Shown piece after piece: positions 13,147-26,299 of a stretch of DNA of 64,000 nucleotides. Numbering within the stretch: position 1 is the stretch's first letter; each line of letters begins with the position of its first letter. The notes below the pieces were generated by a model. The model saw only the letters and a program-made list of their open reading frames with translations. It was not told where the DNA came from and searched no databases. This stretch comes from Camelus dromedarius. Lineage: Eukaryota. The position numbers and the translations under genes are program-made. The DNA lies in contig NC_087436.1 in NCBI RefSeq assembly GCF_036321535.1, forward strand, positions 34,660,001 to 34,724,000. Reading direction: 5' to 3'.

Positions 13147-16100
13147 TCACCATGGAATTTGAAGTTTTTTTTTTTCCTCTCCAGATCTTTCTTCTGGAGA
13201 TGACAAAAGTTTTCTGTAATAAATAATAATGATCCATTTATTTCTGAGCAAATTATATTCAATATGAAATATTTTTTGATTATTTGTGAAAATACTTCAA
13301 AGTAGAAAACTAGATGAGTAAATTAATCAACAACATGCATTTTATAATATTATATCATTACATTATACAAGTAGATTAAACAATAAAGATAATTCAAAGC
13401 CCCCGAAATAAGGAAAATAATGGTACAATTCCAGTACAATCTTCAGATGGATTTCAAAGTTTATCTTTTTGGTGAAACTTGTCCCAAGGGTAATTTATCA
13501 CCCTTGTCTTCCTCAGTGTGCCCACTGAACATTTAATATGCCTCAAATTGTGCCCTGGCAGCCTCAAACATCTTCTGGAGTTAAGTAGGAATTGTGCGAA
13601 GTAGTAAGACAGGAGGGAGTCACAGAAACTATGATGAACTGCAGCTTCTGCCACCCAGAGCCCAGAGGCATTTAAAATCAAATAAAAAACACAATGGGCA
13701 AAGACTACCTACCCCTTTATGTTCTCTGCTCTCATTATACTTCATAAAAAAAGTAGCATTGATTGCAGACTGAATATTTTGAATTCAAAATGATTTCCCT
13801 ATTCTACTTTGTATGTCTCTCAAGACCAAGAATGTCATTAAAAGCAAAAATCTTATTCCAGAGAGGAAACCAAGCTTGCCACTAAGGAATGCAAAGAAAT
13901 AGTGTGACTTATGACTAGAGCAAGTTTTATGCAGAAACTTTGTTAAAATGCCTGTTTTTCTTTAGTTTGGATTCATAAATAAGGTAAAAAGCAGCTCTTC
14001 TGCTTCCTGAGAGAAAAAAAGGACTTGTGGAAGTATTGTTATTGTTTTCATTGTTATTACTTGGTGATTAAGTTATAGAAATAGACTCACTTAAATAACT
14101 CAAATTATTTTTCAAAGAGTAAGCCTCAGTAGTAACTGTAACATATTATTGATAATAGTGTATCATATATAAATTCAATCTATTTTGATAATGATGTATT
14201 GAACAAAATGATAGTTAAGGAGCAAGTTACACAACTGTGTTTTATTCACCATCGGATTTTAAGTTTATTTTCCCCTGGATCTTTTTGGAGATGATATACT
14301 CACTGACCAAATAAGTAATATTGGTTCCCTTTATATTTGAGCAGGATTCACACAGGAGTTAAGTCACCATCAAACCATACATGGACCTTGAAGATTCACT
14401 TGGTTAGATTCCCATCTCACTCTAGACCCTTCCGCCCAGGGCTTGTAGGTTTTCCTAGTGCTTTAGTGAGCCAGGTCAGTGCCAGGAGGGAAATTACTCT
14501 GAAGCAGTAGTAGCTCCCAGGTACACTACCAGGTAAGCTATCCCAGAAGCCAAAGAACTGAAATGCTTACAGACCCAATTAAAATGCTCAAATCCCACAC
14601 TGTATTAAATTAATGTAATCACACAGCAAGACACAGAGGTGAGAGATGGGGTAGGATACCACCTGTAGGACAGCTTGCAAGTGATGGCAAGTCCACACTA
14701 TCTCGATCTGGGATTACACGAAGTTCTATATCTTGTTCCCTCTCTGTTGCATTAACTTCTCCTGCGGCAGGTGTGATTACAAACACCAGAGTCAAGGTTT
14801 GAGCAAGGGGCCCACAGATAAGAAGTTCACCAGGCCAGTGATACACACTCACTCTGTCAGAGAGATGCAGGGACAGGTGCGCCGCCTACAGCAGGAACTT
14901 GCGATTAGCCTGCTAAACATCCATGGGTTTTACTTACATTTCCTGGTGGAGCATGTTTGGGGTCAGACTAGAACACACTGAGTGTCATCAGTGCGTGACT
15001 GACGTAGGGGTGAGACAGCTCTCAGCCCAGAAGTGGAGGGACCAGCACTTGTCTTTCCCATCAATTTCTATCTATAGCCCACCCTTTCCTTTGTCTTGCT
15101 GGATTCTCTATTGACTCTATTTTTGGCATGTTTCACATATTACTGACTTACTTTTTATACTTTATACATTAATTCTGCTCTTATTTTACAAGTTACTAGC
15201 TTTTTTATTGTGTATGTCTATCATTTATTACACTTTTTGTCTAGAACGCATGAGCTACTATCTTATACACTATCCATACTTTGTATTCCTTATACATCTA
15301 CCACACTGTGTTTTTCTTGTCTTTACAGAAGAATTGAAAATTCTAAAACAATACAGCAAACTTAGATCATAGTAGTGACCTTTCTCCAGTCACAACAGGT
15401 CACACCACAGACACCCATCCAAAGGGTCACATTTCAAGAAAAGCACATGTCAATCTAAGAATGAGAATTCAAAGATGCTAACATGTACACCACATAAGAT
15501 GTGCTCAGATTGAAATATATTTCTGATGTGTACTTAATTTTTGTAGTAAAATGCTAGTATAATGGGATATTTTGGAGGCATTTTGTTAAACATGGACAAA
15601 GACACTGAAGTGAAATCTAATCCTGAAGAAATAATGCCTTAGTTTTTTGAAATACTCATGTATTAAACTATGCTCCTTTTCAAAAAAAGGCGAGAAACCT
15701 AGATTGGCAAACAAATGTATCATGTTTAAAAGAAGATATCTAGAAATAAAAGTCTGCAATCAATAAGAGATATCAGTGGTAAAAATCTGGACTTCGATGG
15801 TGTTTGACTTCCAACCTCATAACAGAATTTAAAAACAACCGTTTTCTTTTCATCTTGACCATTTAAATTTGACTGCAAGAGTTAAGCTAATAATAGATGG
15901 CCTAACTTACTGTATTTCAACTTTGGCTACAGGGTATGTATATGATATTTTAAATATTTAGCTGAATAACCATGAGCTTATTTTTAAAATGAAGTAACAC
16001 TGTTTTTCTCAACCATTACTATCATTTACATAATTATGAGAAATTACTACTGGAAAATGTTAACATAACATTTCTTTTCTATCCATGACTATTTTATCTC

Positions 16101-16539
16101 TATGTAAAATATGGTGCTGGGTAGTGTATTAGCTAGTTATGACAATTGAAACTGTCATCCAAATTGTAGATTATGTAAACTGGAATTGAAAAATTAGGAA
16201 CTGTCTACTGAGAACAGAATAGCAAGCAAGAAGCTTAAATAGAAAAATAATGGGAAGAGCATTTTAGAGCAAAGGAACTTCCTGAATAATATAAAACTTT
16301 GGAAAGAATTTCAAAGACAGACTCTATTTCAATTCTAGCAGATTCTTATCAAGATTTGACAGTGCAATTACACTTCAAAATTCTGTAAAGAACTAGACCA
16401 TTCTCCACTAGAGACTTCTCAGGAAAAAAAAAAAATCAGCAAATGAGTAAATGGCTCTGTGCTTGGTGAACACTGGCCAAAGGAGAACCTTCCAGAGAGA
16501 CAGGACATCGTGGGATGGGACGCACTGTGCAGTCATTCC

Positions 16540-16750
16540 TTCCTGCGTCCTGACCTCAGTTCCACCATGTGAGAGGTGTCAATAGGAGAACTTACTGAAA
16601 TTTTCTGAGCTTTAGGTTTCTCATCTTTAAAATACATATACATTTTTATGCCCCCCTCACAATTTTGGTAGAGGTCTCACTTAAATAATATGCAAAGAAA
16701 TTCATTCTGGTCCTGAGCACATACCTTGGAGCTAAATAAAAATATTGTCA
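16540..16750 (+). mobile_element. MIR
   Basis: cttactgaaattttctgagctttaggtttctcatctttaaaat...ctgagcacatac...aaataaaaatatt. Confidence 0.7.
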
Positions 16751-18459
16751 GTAAGTAAACATGTAAAAGGTGAAAGAGAAAAGCCAGGTCTCTACTTCTC
16801 CTTCCCAACAAGGTACTTAGAATGGAAAAATGACAGAAATATTCATGGTTCCCCTGAAATACTGTTTCTTATGTAATTAGCATGAGGATGGGCACCAGCA
16901 GATCCTTGGGTAAATCCACAAGATAAACGATTTATATTTTGCTGGTAAAGGAAGAGAATTTTCACTTTAGACTTCTCAGACATGCATTTACTTAATTAAT
17001 ACATACCTATGCTATGCCAAGTACTCTGCTGGGTTTTTGAGGTAAAATGTGGAGAGAAGAGAACTCTCAGTTCCTGGTAAGATGGGTTTTTCAGCCAAAT
17101 TGGGAATCCACATCTAATGGAGCTTCAGAACTTTCATTGGTGAACTACCAAGATGATACTGAATCTAAAGGGGCTCCTGGAGTTAAAGATGGAGACAGAG
17201 AATGGGCCAAGGGGCCCAGAGCCACGTGTTAACTGGAGAGTCACACAGGCTGGCTACCCTCTCCCTTGGCGCTCTCAGGGGAGCCCAGGCTTTGTCTTGT
17301 CACCACTTCCATCTGGCCGAGGGAAGTTGGGGAGGTGTGGTCTCCCTGAACGCTGAACTATTTCACTATGAGCCATAGTCTCTATAGTTTCCTGAACGGA
17401 TGAAATACTTCAAACTAAACTAAAAATAAAAAAGGAATATGTCTTCTAAGTTAAAAGATGTACAATTTCATTTTACTTGTTATTAACTGTGAATTTGCTG
17501 ACCTTTGTATTCCATTCAATGTCTTCAAGGGGTCTCTGAAATTTACACACGAGACTGCATTAAAGCACAAGCTGACCTTCGGAGTAAAGAGAGATTCCAG
17601 CAGGAAGTGCGTCTACCCTCGAGGGAGGCAGTGAATAAGGCAAATGTACCTTAAATTCTTTGGTTATTTAGAGTCAGAGCTAGTAACTGGAGAAAATCCT
17701 TGACTTCAGATGTACACACTTGAAAAACCATTCATTGCTCTGGCACTCAGTGTGTTCTCTCTCTCTCTCCCTCACCTTCCTCTCAGCCCCAGGCATTTCC
17801 CCCTAAGTCTGAAATAAGCACGTTGATAAAAACCTATTTGTATTAGAAATAGTAGGGAACTATTGACCATTGCCTGCTTAACAATATATTTTTTTAAAGT
17901 TTCATGTTATCATATCTAAATAAATCAGAAGTGGTTAACTGTATTATCAACTTGGAAATGGTAAATACACTTTTAAAAGTTTCAGTTGTAAAATAACTGT
18001 AAATAAATCTAACTTTAAGTGAGCTATAAATGTTCAATTTTCTAGGCCTTATCTGCCCCCAAAAATCTCTCTAAGGGTGGTTGGGAGAATCAAAAGACTC
18101 ATTTTTAGAAAAATAAGAAATAACACTTCCATGATACTCAGGTGTATCATATAAGAACAAAAAACATCATTTATTTTGATCTCTTCCAGCTAGCTTGGAG
18201 CCTAAATGGTGCCATAAGAATAACTTGATTCACTTTTTCAAAACATGCATGCCTGTATCCCATTCTCCAGTGATTGTCCTTCATTAAGGCATGTATATTT
18301 TGGAAAAAATAAAATGGTATCTAGATAATTCTGATAAACACTCCTGATTAAAAGGCACTGCTGGTGAAAACATAATTCGGAGAATGGCTAAATAACTTAA
18401 GTGAAAATTAAAGGCCTATAAAAATTACATTTGGTAAGGAGGTCTATGTTTTTTATAAT

Positions 18460-18680
18460 GCCACTCAACATGTCAGTGCTATACACAGATTGATTTATTC
18501 CTCACATTCCCCTTATGACGTAGATACCATTCTAATCTCCTTTGTACCAACGAAGATGTTGAAGGCTAGAATGCACGCTGCCTTGTACAGCGGCACACAG
18601 CCAGTGAGTCCTGGGGCTGAGATTCGCTTGCAGCCATTTCCCTGCTGGAGGAGCTACGCTTTTAGCTGCTGTGAACTACA
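18460..18680 (-). mobile_element. MIR
   Basis: tttattcctcacattccccttatgacgtagataccattctaatctcctttgtac...ggcacacagccagtgagtcctggggctgagattc. Confidence 0.75.
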
Positions 18681-18945
18681 GCTTCCCACTTCCATGCTAG
18701 CATTTCTCAATTTACCAAATTTTAATCGCATTTAACTTTCCAGGAAATAATGACTTAAAAAAAGTAGATAATAAAAGTTATCACATAAGAGAAATTCAAT
18801 AAATATCCATTGCTATAAAAACATGATTGAGTTGGACGTGATGCAAACATTTGAAATAATGAAAGTGGCATTAAAAAATCATAGTTTTTTAAAGACAAGA
18901 AATACTTTGAAAACTCTGAAGTCTGATTCTTTGAAATACCAGTAC

Positions 18946-19424
18946 CCTATAGTTTATTTGATATGCCAATTTGCCTGGGTCGCAGGGTTCTCACTTATTT
19001 GGTAAAACATTATTTCTGAGTGTGTCCATGAGGATGTTTCCAGAAGAGATTAGCATTTGGACCTGTTGACTAAGAAGGTGGCATCTCCCCATCCACTAAA
19101 GACCTGAACAGAACTAAAAGACTGAGGAAAGGAGAATTCCCTCTCTCTCTCTCTCCCTCCTCCCTCCCTCTCTCTGCCTGATTGCTGAGCTGGGACATCA
19201 GTCTTCTCCTGTCCCCAGACTCCAACTTACCCTGCAGCACTCCTGGTTCTCACATCTTCACTCAGACTTGGAAACTACACCTCTGACTTTCCTGGGTTTG
19301 TGATTTGCAGATGGCAGATCATGGGACTTCTCAGTCTCCATAATCATGTGAGCTGACTCCTTACCATAAATATTCTCAATATATTCTATTACTTCTCTCT
19401 CTCTGGAGAAATCTGGCTAATACA
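18946..19424 (+). mobile_element. MLT2 (ERVL) solo LTR
   Basis: aaacattatttctgagtgtgtccatgaggatgtttccagaagagattagcatttg...gcagatggcagatcatgggacttctcagtctccataatcatgtgagc...ctggctaataca. Confidence 0.92.
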
Positions 19425-22400
19425 CAGGATCATAATTTTTAGGCATAAGCTAAACTTGGCAAAATAGTTCTCTTCCGTAAGAAAGATCCAGTCTCCAGAG
19501 ATAACAGTATATGACCCACAAGTGTTCTATTTTCTAGATGTTACCTCTGCTGCCAAAAAATATCTCTTGGAGGATGTTTAGGGGAATCAAAGACTCGTTT
19601 TTAGAGAAGGATGAAAAAAAAACAGCACTTCTGTGATACACAGGTATATTGTACAAAGATGAAACAGTCCATTATCTTGGATCAGCTAGTTTGGATCCTA
19701 AATAGTTGCCCTTCAACTGCTAATATTCCCATGGAAACTTTTAGTTTTCTCTAGCAGGAATGGATTTCTGATTCTAAAATTATTTATAAAAATAAAAAGT
19801 TCTATAAAAATTTGATTTTCATTTTTGAAAAGGCTTGCACAAAAAATGGGAAAAAACAATGTTCAAAACCAATTGCAACTGGAGTATCAAATTAGTACCC
19901 ATAAACCCAATGACTCAGTACTAAGTTTAAGAAATTCTCAAGGGTTAAAGTGGTCGACATTGTACAGTATATGAATAAAGTACACGTACATTTAATTTCA
20001 ATAAACAATAAAATTTAGACAGACTTCCATGTTTGCAGAAAGGCTACCAGAAGTAAGGTTATTGGCTAGTCTGACTGATACATACACTGAGATATTAAAA
20101 ACATATTTACATGCTTAAATAATCGCTAAGTATCCCTTGCACATTGTATTACTCTTGCTTGCACAGAATGATTTGGCTTTGAAGACTCCCAACTGAAATT
20201 GTTTCCTAAATTTACAAGCCAACTGATACCTAATTCAACACAATGGTTGGAAATTGAGGCATTAATGTGTCTCATGCGTCTAGTGTACTTGGAATTCTTT
20301 CTCTGATACTGCCAAGGAGCTATAAAGGGTGCAGTAACTCGGGCTCTTCTCTTTCTCTTAGTGCTCTTCTGCCTAATTTAAGGTGGTGTCCATATTTTAA
20401 CTGGTGCACAGTAAGGGCTGGACATATTGAAATACCAAGAGAAAGATGGAGAAAAAAATTTGGGGAGATGGTGAAACAAATTGTAGACCAAAAAGAACAG
20501 TTAAAGAATGTTCTGAAAATGTACCTTAGAGTGTTGGTTGGATGTTCAAAGCAAAATAAATTCATGAAACTAATGACTCTGTCCTCCTGCTTTGCTGTAG
20601 AGGACTTGCAGTAATTCAAAAGTCAAAATGATATACAATTAGCAACCATCCCTCTTGCACCAATGCTTTGAAAGTCAACTTTTCCCAACTCAATATAATT
20701 CAAGTAATAAATGTTACAATTAAAAGATTTATACATTCCACCAGCTGGCAATATAAATCTATTCGGCTTTGCAGGCTGATGATCCCCTGTCTGTGCTAAG
20801 AGTGCTGGCTTAAGCAATTGTATGATACCATGTGTAAAAGTGCTTAAAGCATGACCTAATTAATTTTATATTTCTACACATCCCTATCGTCTCATTTTAT
20901 TTGATTTAGATATTCTCCATTACATCATGGAACATGTGCAAATTGTAAGTGATAGTAATTAAGTTCCTATAAATAATAGTAAATCTATCAATAGTATTAA
21001 ATAGATCAATACAAGTTCCTTTAAAATCTCATCAATTAAACAATGAAAAGATTTTCTACTGTCACTTGTTGGTGTTAAGTGGGGCATTTTTGTGGAGTTT
21101 TTTTGGTTTTCTGCTTGTAGATGTGTGATGTTAATAAGAATGAGCCATAAAAACAAAGTAATTCAGGCTTTTTGTAATTAAAAGAAAATCTTATTGTAAT
21201 TAAAAGTCATTACGTTTTAAAGAAAAAAATCAAGCTTTCAATTAAATACAGAATTTTCTATATACATTTAAATACAAAAGCAAAATATCAGACTGAGGAG
21301 CCTAAAAGTCGTTTTTCTCCAACCTGCCCTTTCTGTTTAATCTCTGGCAGCCCTTGCTGAGGGAGGGAGCCTCTGCTTTAACCCTTTCCTGACAAGTAAG
21401 TAGCTACAAGGCACCCATTCCTCCTTACGGTGTGGCAGGTAGCAGGTCATTTGTGATAGCAGCAAGGTAAGAAGGGGTGGAATTAATGCCAGGTCTCCCC
21501 CGAGGCCTTTCTCTCATTGTTACCAACTACATTTCAATTGATTTTTCTCTTTCTGACACGATGAAGAATTAACAGCACCGATGACCTTTCAGAAGACAAC
21601 ATAAAATTCTTTATCTATTTGTGAGGTCTAAGGAAATTGTTTCTTTTCCTGCTAAAATTAACCCAGATCTTCCAAGCCTGGCAAAGAAATGTCCGCACAT
21701 TTTGGGGTGTCTCACCTCTGAGTCCAGCATCCGTGAATCACAAGGTTCACTTTCCCCTTCATAACCTCCTGCTAATATTCTTCTGTCATTGATGTGTAAG
21801 CCTTGGAGGGGAATAAGGTTTAATTATTTACAGGCATCTGAAGTGAGGAGCATATTTTACTGAAACTTAGGTCTTGAATTTCTGATTAAAGGGTGATGTA
21901 TCGATTGATAATATGACTTCCAAGACGTGACTGTCCCTAACCTTGGCCTGCTTCAATAAGGTGGAAACTTTCTACAATGTGCACAGACAGCATTTTCTTG
22001 AAATGGAACTCGGACAGCATGGTCTGTAGACAGAAATTATTTTTCAGGCCAGTCTATGATCCAGTGTAACAAGTTCTGGTTTCCTCCAATAGGATTTATT
22101 TCCACCATGGGTGGTTATCAGCAGGGATAACCATCACCACAGGGTTTACCATCTATATAAATAAGGAGTAATTTTGACATATTATGTTCTTTCTAACATT
22201 GCTTTCCTGACTTTGATACCTTTGCCATTTTTTCTTAATAAGAAACTAAAGATTTAGATTTAAATTCTCCATATCATACTATGACACCAAGAGACATTTA
22301 GAGACTAACCTTTTAAAATCAGTGCTCATAGACATTGCTGCAAGTAGGAAGTAATAAAATAGATGCTAATTTTCTCCAGCTGTTTTTTTCTATTCTTTCA

Positions 22401-22662
22401 CATGGATAAATGGTCCACAGATACGTGATATTCTGGTGTCAAGGGATGAGAGAATTCTTTTGTTGCAAATTGGAAGGGGAAAAACAATAAAATGACAAAA
22501 TATAAGCAGAATTTCAACAACAGAGTTGTATATGGTTATAAACTACCTCAGTCAGTTCTACCCTAAAGGGTGTCACCATTCAGCTCTGGGGACAACACAC
22601 TGAGATTGAACGACAGCACTCCTAGGAATGTATCAATAGCCACACTTCCCAAATAGCTTTAC

Positions 22663-22816
22663 GTGCTTCCTGGGGAGGATGGAGAGGTAGGAGCTCTACA
22701 TGAAATTCTCCTATAGTCATCAGGTAGTCGAGCTCAGAAGCAATTCCTCCAAGACTGTGGGAATATTTGATATCCAGCTCTTGTGAGTGAAACGCAGTAA
22801 GTTGTACAACAGCCAT
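22663..22816 (-). other. Candidate first coding exon (unverified)
   Basis: gcagcATGG strong Kozak context; 51 open codons; possible donor C|GTAAAG at 22662; no recognised homologue. Confidence 0.15.
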
Positions 22817-23134
22817 GCTGCTGCTTTTCAGCCAATTTCATTTCACTAAGAATGTCCCACTAGGTTACAGGTTGGCATCATATCAGATCATCAGTTTTTC
22901 TACGGTACCAGAAAAAGCAGTTACTGATCTAGACAAGGGTCTACTCAGTGAGGAAACAGGGTCAGCAGCGCTGGACTTCTGGTCTACAAGAGGCTCTGTT
23001 TTTGCGGGGACCTTTGTGAGGGGTGATCGCTGTAGCTATGCATTATATGAGCTTTGCAGCCGTAAACGCTTTAGTGGTAACAGTGCTAATAACAACATGT
23101 GCACTGTATATAAAGTGCTAAAGACAACCAGTTA

Positions 23135-23390
23135 AAAGTACTGGGGAGCTCATTGTGCTCTCCTTGTAGCTTTACTGTAACTTTGAAATTATTTCAAAAT
23201 AAAAGGTTTCTGGTCAAACAATGCTATTAAGGAAATAGTGAAAAGACAAGCTACATTTAATCAACAAAAAATAAAGAGCCCCAGCATACATCAAAAATCT
23301 TTACCATTTGATTATTAAAAAGGTAAAGAATAGAGAAATGGGGAAAAGACAAGAAAAGGTATTTGACAAAAGATGAAGCATAATTGAAAA
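23135..23390 (+). mobile_element. Old L1 (L1ME-like) fragments
   Basis: tttactgtaactttgaaattatttcaaaataaaa (3' end) followed by ORF2-like gtgaaaagacaagctaca...gaaatggggaaaagacaagaaaaggtatttgacaaaaga. Confidence 0.6.
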
Positions 23391-23448
23391 TACCTTTTTT
23401 ATCAAAGGTGAGTATAGGGTCACTTCTCATATGGCTGGCGATATATAT

Positions 23449-23450
<2 letters not shown>

Positions 23451-23504
<54 letters not shown>
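23451..23504. repeat. (AT)27 microsatellite
   Basis: Read directly. Confidence 0.98.
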
Positions 23505-23507
<3 letters not shown>

Positions 23508-24744
23508 CATCTAATTCCTATGTTATAAAACTTACCCCAAACCTGGAAATAGGGCAAGAAGATTCTGTGTTGTTTTCAATATCCAGCATTCTCTAGCAAT
23601 GCCACCTGAGGGTCATCAGATGCTCTAAGAAAATGCAACTTAGTATGACTTACTACTTGACTATTTTTAGAGCTCAGATTTTGTGACGTTAGATTTTTAA
23701 CTTGTAGAGAATGGATAAGTTGCAAATAAATGTTAACAAATATAGAGCTGCAGCTGCTTTCTATCCAGTAGGAAAAAACAAAAACCCCAAAGGTTGTGGT
23801 TGTGTTGCCCTGTAGAGCAGTAACCAGTTTTGAATCTATTTTAGATGACTTATGACTAATTTCAGCCATTTCTCTTTTACTGGCTGTATGTTTTACTCTC
23901 TTGTAGCCTCTCTGAACTGACTCTGTTATCCTACTGCTCCCTTCATTAGTCTATGATATAAATGTTTGACATATGCTCACTATATCTTGTTATTAGAACT
24001 TTTCCCCAAGATTATCATTTAATACCCATAACAAGTTTCAAAGAACTGCAACTTGCATGAAAATTAACAAATGATCTTCCTTCATGTGCCCTAATGAAAT
24101 CCAGGTATCACAATGTCCTCAGTATGCTTTAGTGACTGTCGAAACTGTAAGGAATTCTGACTGAGATAGCAAGTCCACTGTGAAATAGGAAGTTCTAATT
24201 CGAAAAGCATTATTTCTAAATTTGATTGAAGCAAAGGAGGGGCAAACTGTCATTACTAAGGGGAAAATAAAGATTCAAAACACATGGTAAAAATCAGAGA
24301 TGAGTTTTTATTTTGGTTGCTGTTTTTTCTCAAGAGCATAAAAAGCAGCCAGTTGCATTCCAGTCTGAACCCAGGTATTCTGAAGTAATAGGATCAAAAG
24401 AGTATAAACACTCCACTGAAAGTGTAACATTCTCTAAAGTATTACTCTAGATTTTTTGGAATGCAAATATTTTTCTCATGAGACTTTGTAATTTTTGTGA
24501 GTCGATGTTTGTGTGTTTTCCGCCTCCCAATGATATTGTGCTTATATCTTCCAAAGCAGTAGTAAGTAAATATTGTATTTTCTTTTCTTTTAAAATATTA
24601 CAGAAGAACTAGCTGAAGTTAAAGCAGCACAGCTTTCTCTCACTGTTTCAAGACTTGGAGACCTGGAAGAATGTTACTCTATAAAAAAGTTGACCACAGT
24701 ATGAAACATCTTATTACTTGCTTGATGATTTGTAACCTACTCCT

Positions 24745-24875
24745 TTCATTCACTCATTTATTCACTCTTTAAAACAAATGTATTGAGTACTTAATATTCT
24801 AGATATGGAGAAGTAGAGCTAATACAAAGATTACAAAATAGTCTTACCTAGAAAGAGCTTAGGTCTATTGAGGGA
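24745..24875 (-). mobile_element. L2 3' end
   Basis: ttcattcactcatttattcactc...aacaaatgtattgagtactta. Confidence 0.7.
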
Positions 24876-25079
24876 AATTGAAAACCCAATCATTTTATTG
24901 AACAGTAAGGAGGATCAGGGATGAGTTGCTTTGGACAATGGTAAGAATAAAAATGAAAACAGTGAAATGAAAGAAAACACTGCATCAAAAATCACCCTTC
25001 TTTATAAAAAATCAAGGTTAACCATCACTATCCCATAACAAAAAAAAAAAGTGTTTTTTTTTTTTTTTTAGTTTTATTA

Positions 25080-25600
25080 ATAATAATACGCAATAGCCTG
25101 GGAGGATGTGGTAAGACAAGAAAAATCACAACCTATTGGTGGTAATAGAAAGTGATACAACTTTTCCAGAAATAAATTTTGTAATGTGTGTCAAGATTCT
25201 TAAATTTTTCATCATGCTTTCTCAGTAAGTCTAATTTAAAATATTTCCTAAGTAGATATTCATAACTGCATGCACACATGTATGCGCAAATATACTAATC
25301 ATAGTATTATTTATAATAATTCATATGTCCAACATGAAAGGAATGGTTAGGTAAATGGTAAAATATTCATCCTATGAAATATGAGATGTTAAATTAATGG
25401 TTTTGCTGTTTTTGACGTCATGTGAAATGCCCATGCCAAAATGCTAAGTTACAATTATACATTCATTTGAATTACAAGCTTAATTCTAAAAACATTTCAA
25501 AGTCTACCAGGCAGCATCATGAAGTGTTAGCAGGGGAGTTTGTTTTTATATTCTCAAATCCTTTCTGTGTTTCCCAGATATTTTCCAGTTGGAGCAAATA
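25080..25600 (+). mobile_element. L1ME-like ORF2 end/3'UTR fragment
   Basis: gaggatgtggtaagacaag...tattggtggtaatagaaagtgatacaacttttccaga...atgtccaacatgaaaggaatggttaggtaaat. Confidence 0.65.
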
Positions 25601-26299
25601 CTAGTCTAAGAACTGAAGAAATATTTTATATATATAATAAATCAGAAAAAGTAGGCTATTAATATAAAAAAAAACACAACAACAACATTGAAGAGACATT
25701 CATGCTCTTCTCAAAGTATGGTGACTGCATGAATAGTTGCAGGAACAAATGCATCCTTGAATGAATGAATGATCAAATATATACAAATATATACAGTAAC
25801 ACTTTCTAACAGAGAAACTAAAATTTCTATGTTGCTTTTTTTTATATTACATAGCAAAAAAAAAAAAAAAAGACTAATAATCTTAAAAAGAATACGCATA
25901 GTTATAGAGAATGGTTTTATTCAACCTAAGTAAATAAACTCCTTCAAGGACTTCAGTGCTCGAAAACAAATGAGGGTTTCAACTTTAGAGATTCCTCCTT
26001 ATCTACGACCAGAGGAGAATACCAGCAAGGATTATGTAAACAGTGAAGTCAAGGGAGAGCTGATACTCAACCACTGGCCACAGATAAGGCCAAAACACTT
26101 AAAATATTTGAGTACTTTCATTCTGGTTGCCTAGAGCCCCCATGTTTTCCTTTGCCCTTTTCTGATACCGTTTCTTCTCTAGGGCTTTCCAGACATTTTC
26201 CTAAACAACTCAAAAATCATTGCCTAGCAGAGCAGGGAACTCACAGAACCTGCCCCAGTTATAGCTAGCATCCATCCTGAGTGGCTGGTTCTGAGTGGC

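Noticed and set aside
14560..15040. Possible ancient LTR-like segment
   Set aside because: Could not assign termini or family with confidence.
20267..20817. 115, 99 and 64 aa ORFs on both strands
   Set aside because: Non-ATG starts, no homology recognised, no consistent exon structure.
21172..21206. ttgtaattaaaag repeated twice; similar short tandem duplications near 3837, 7009 and 26275
   Set aside because: Ordinary slippage duplications of two units; not an array.
25038..25070. A-run/GTG/T-run hairpin
   Set aside because: Low-complexity adjacent homopolymers.
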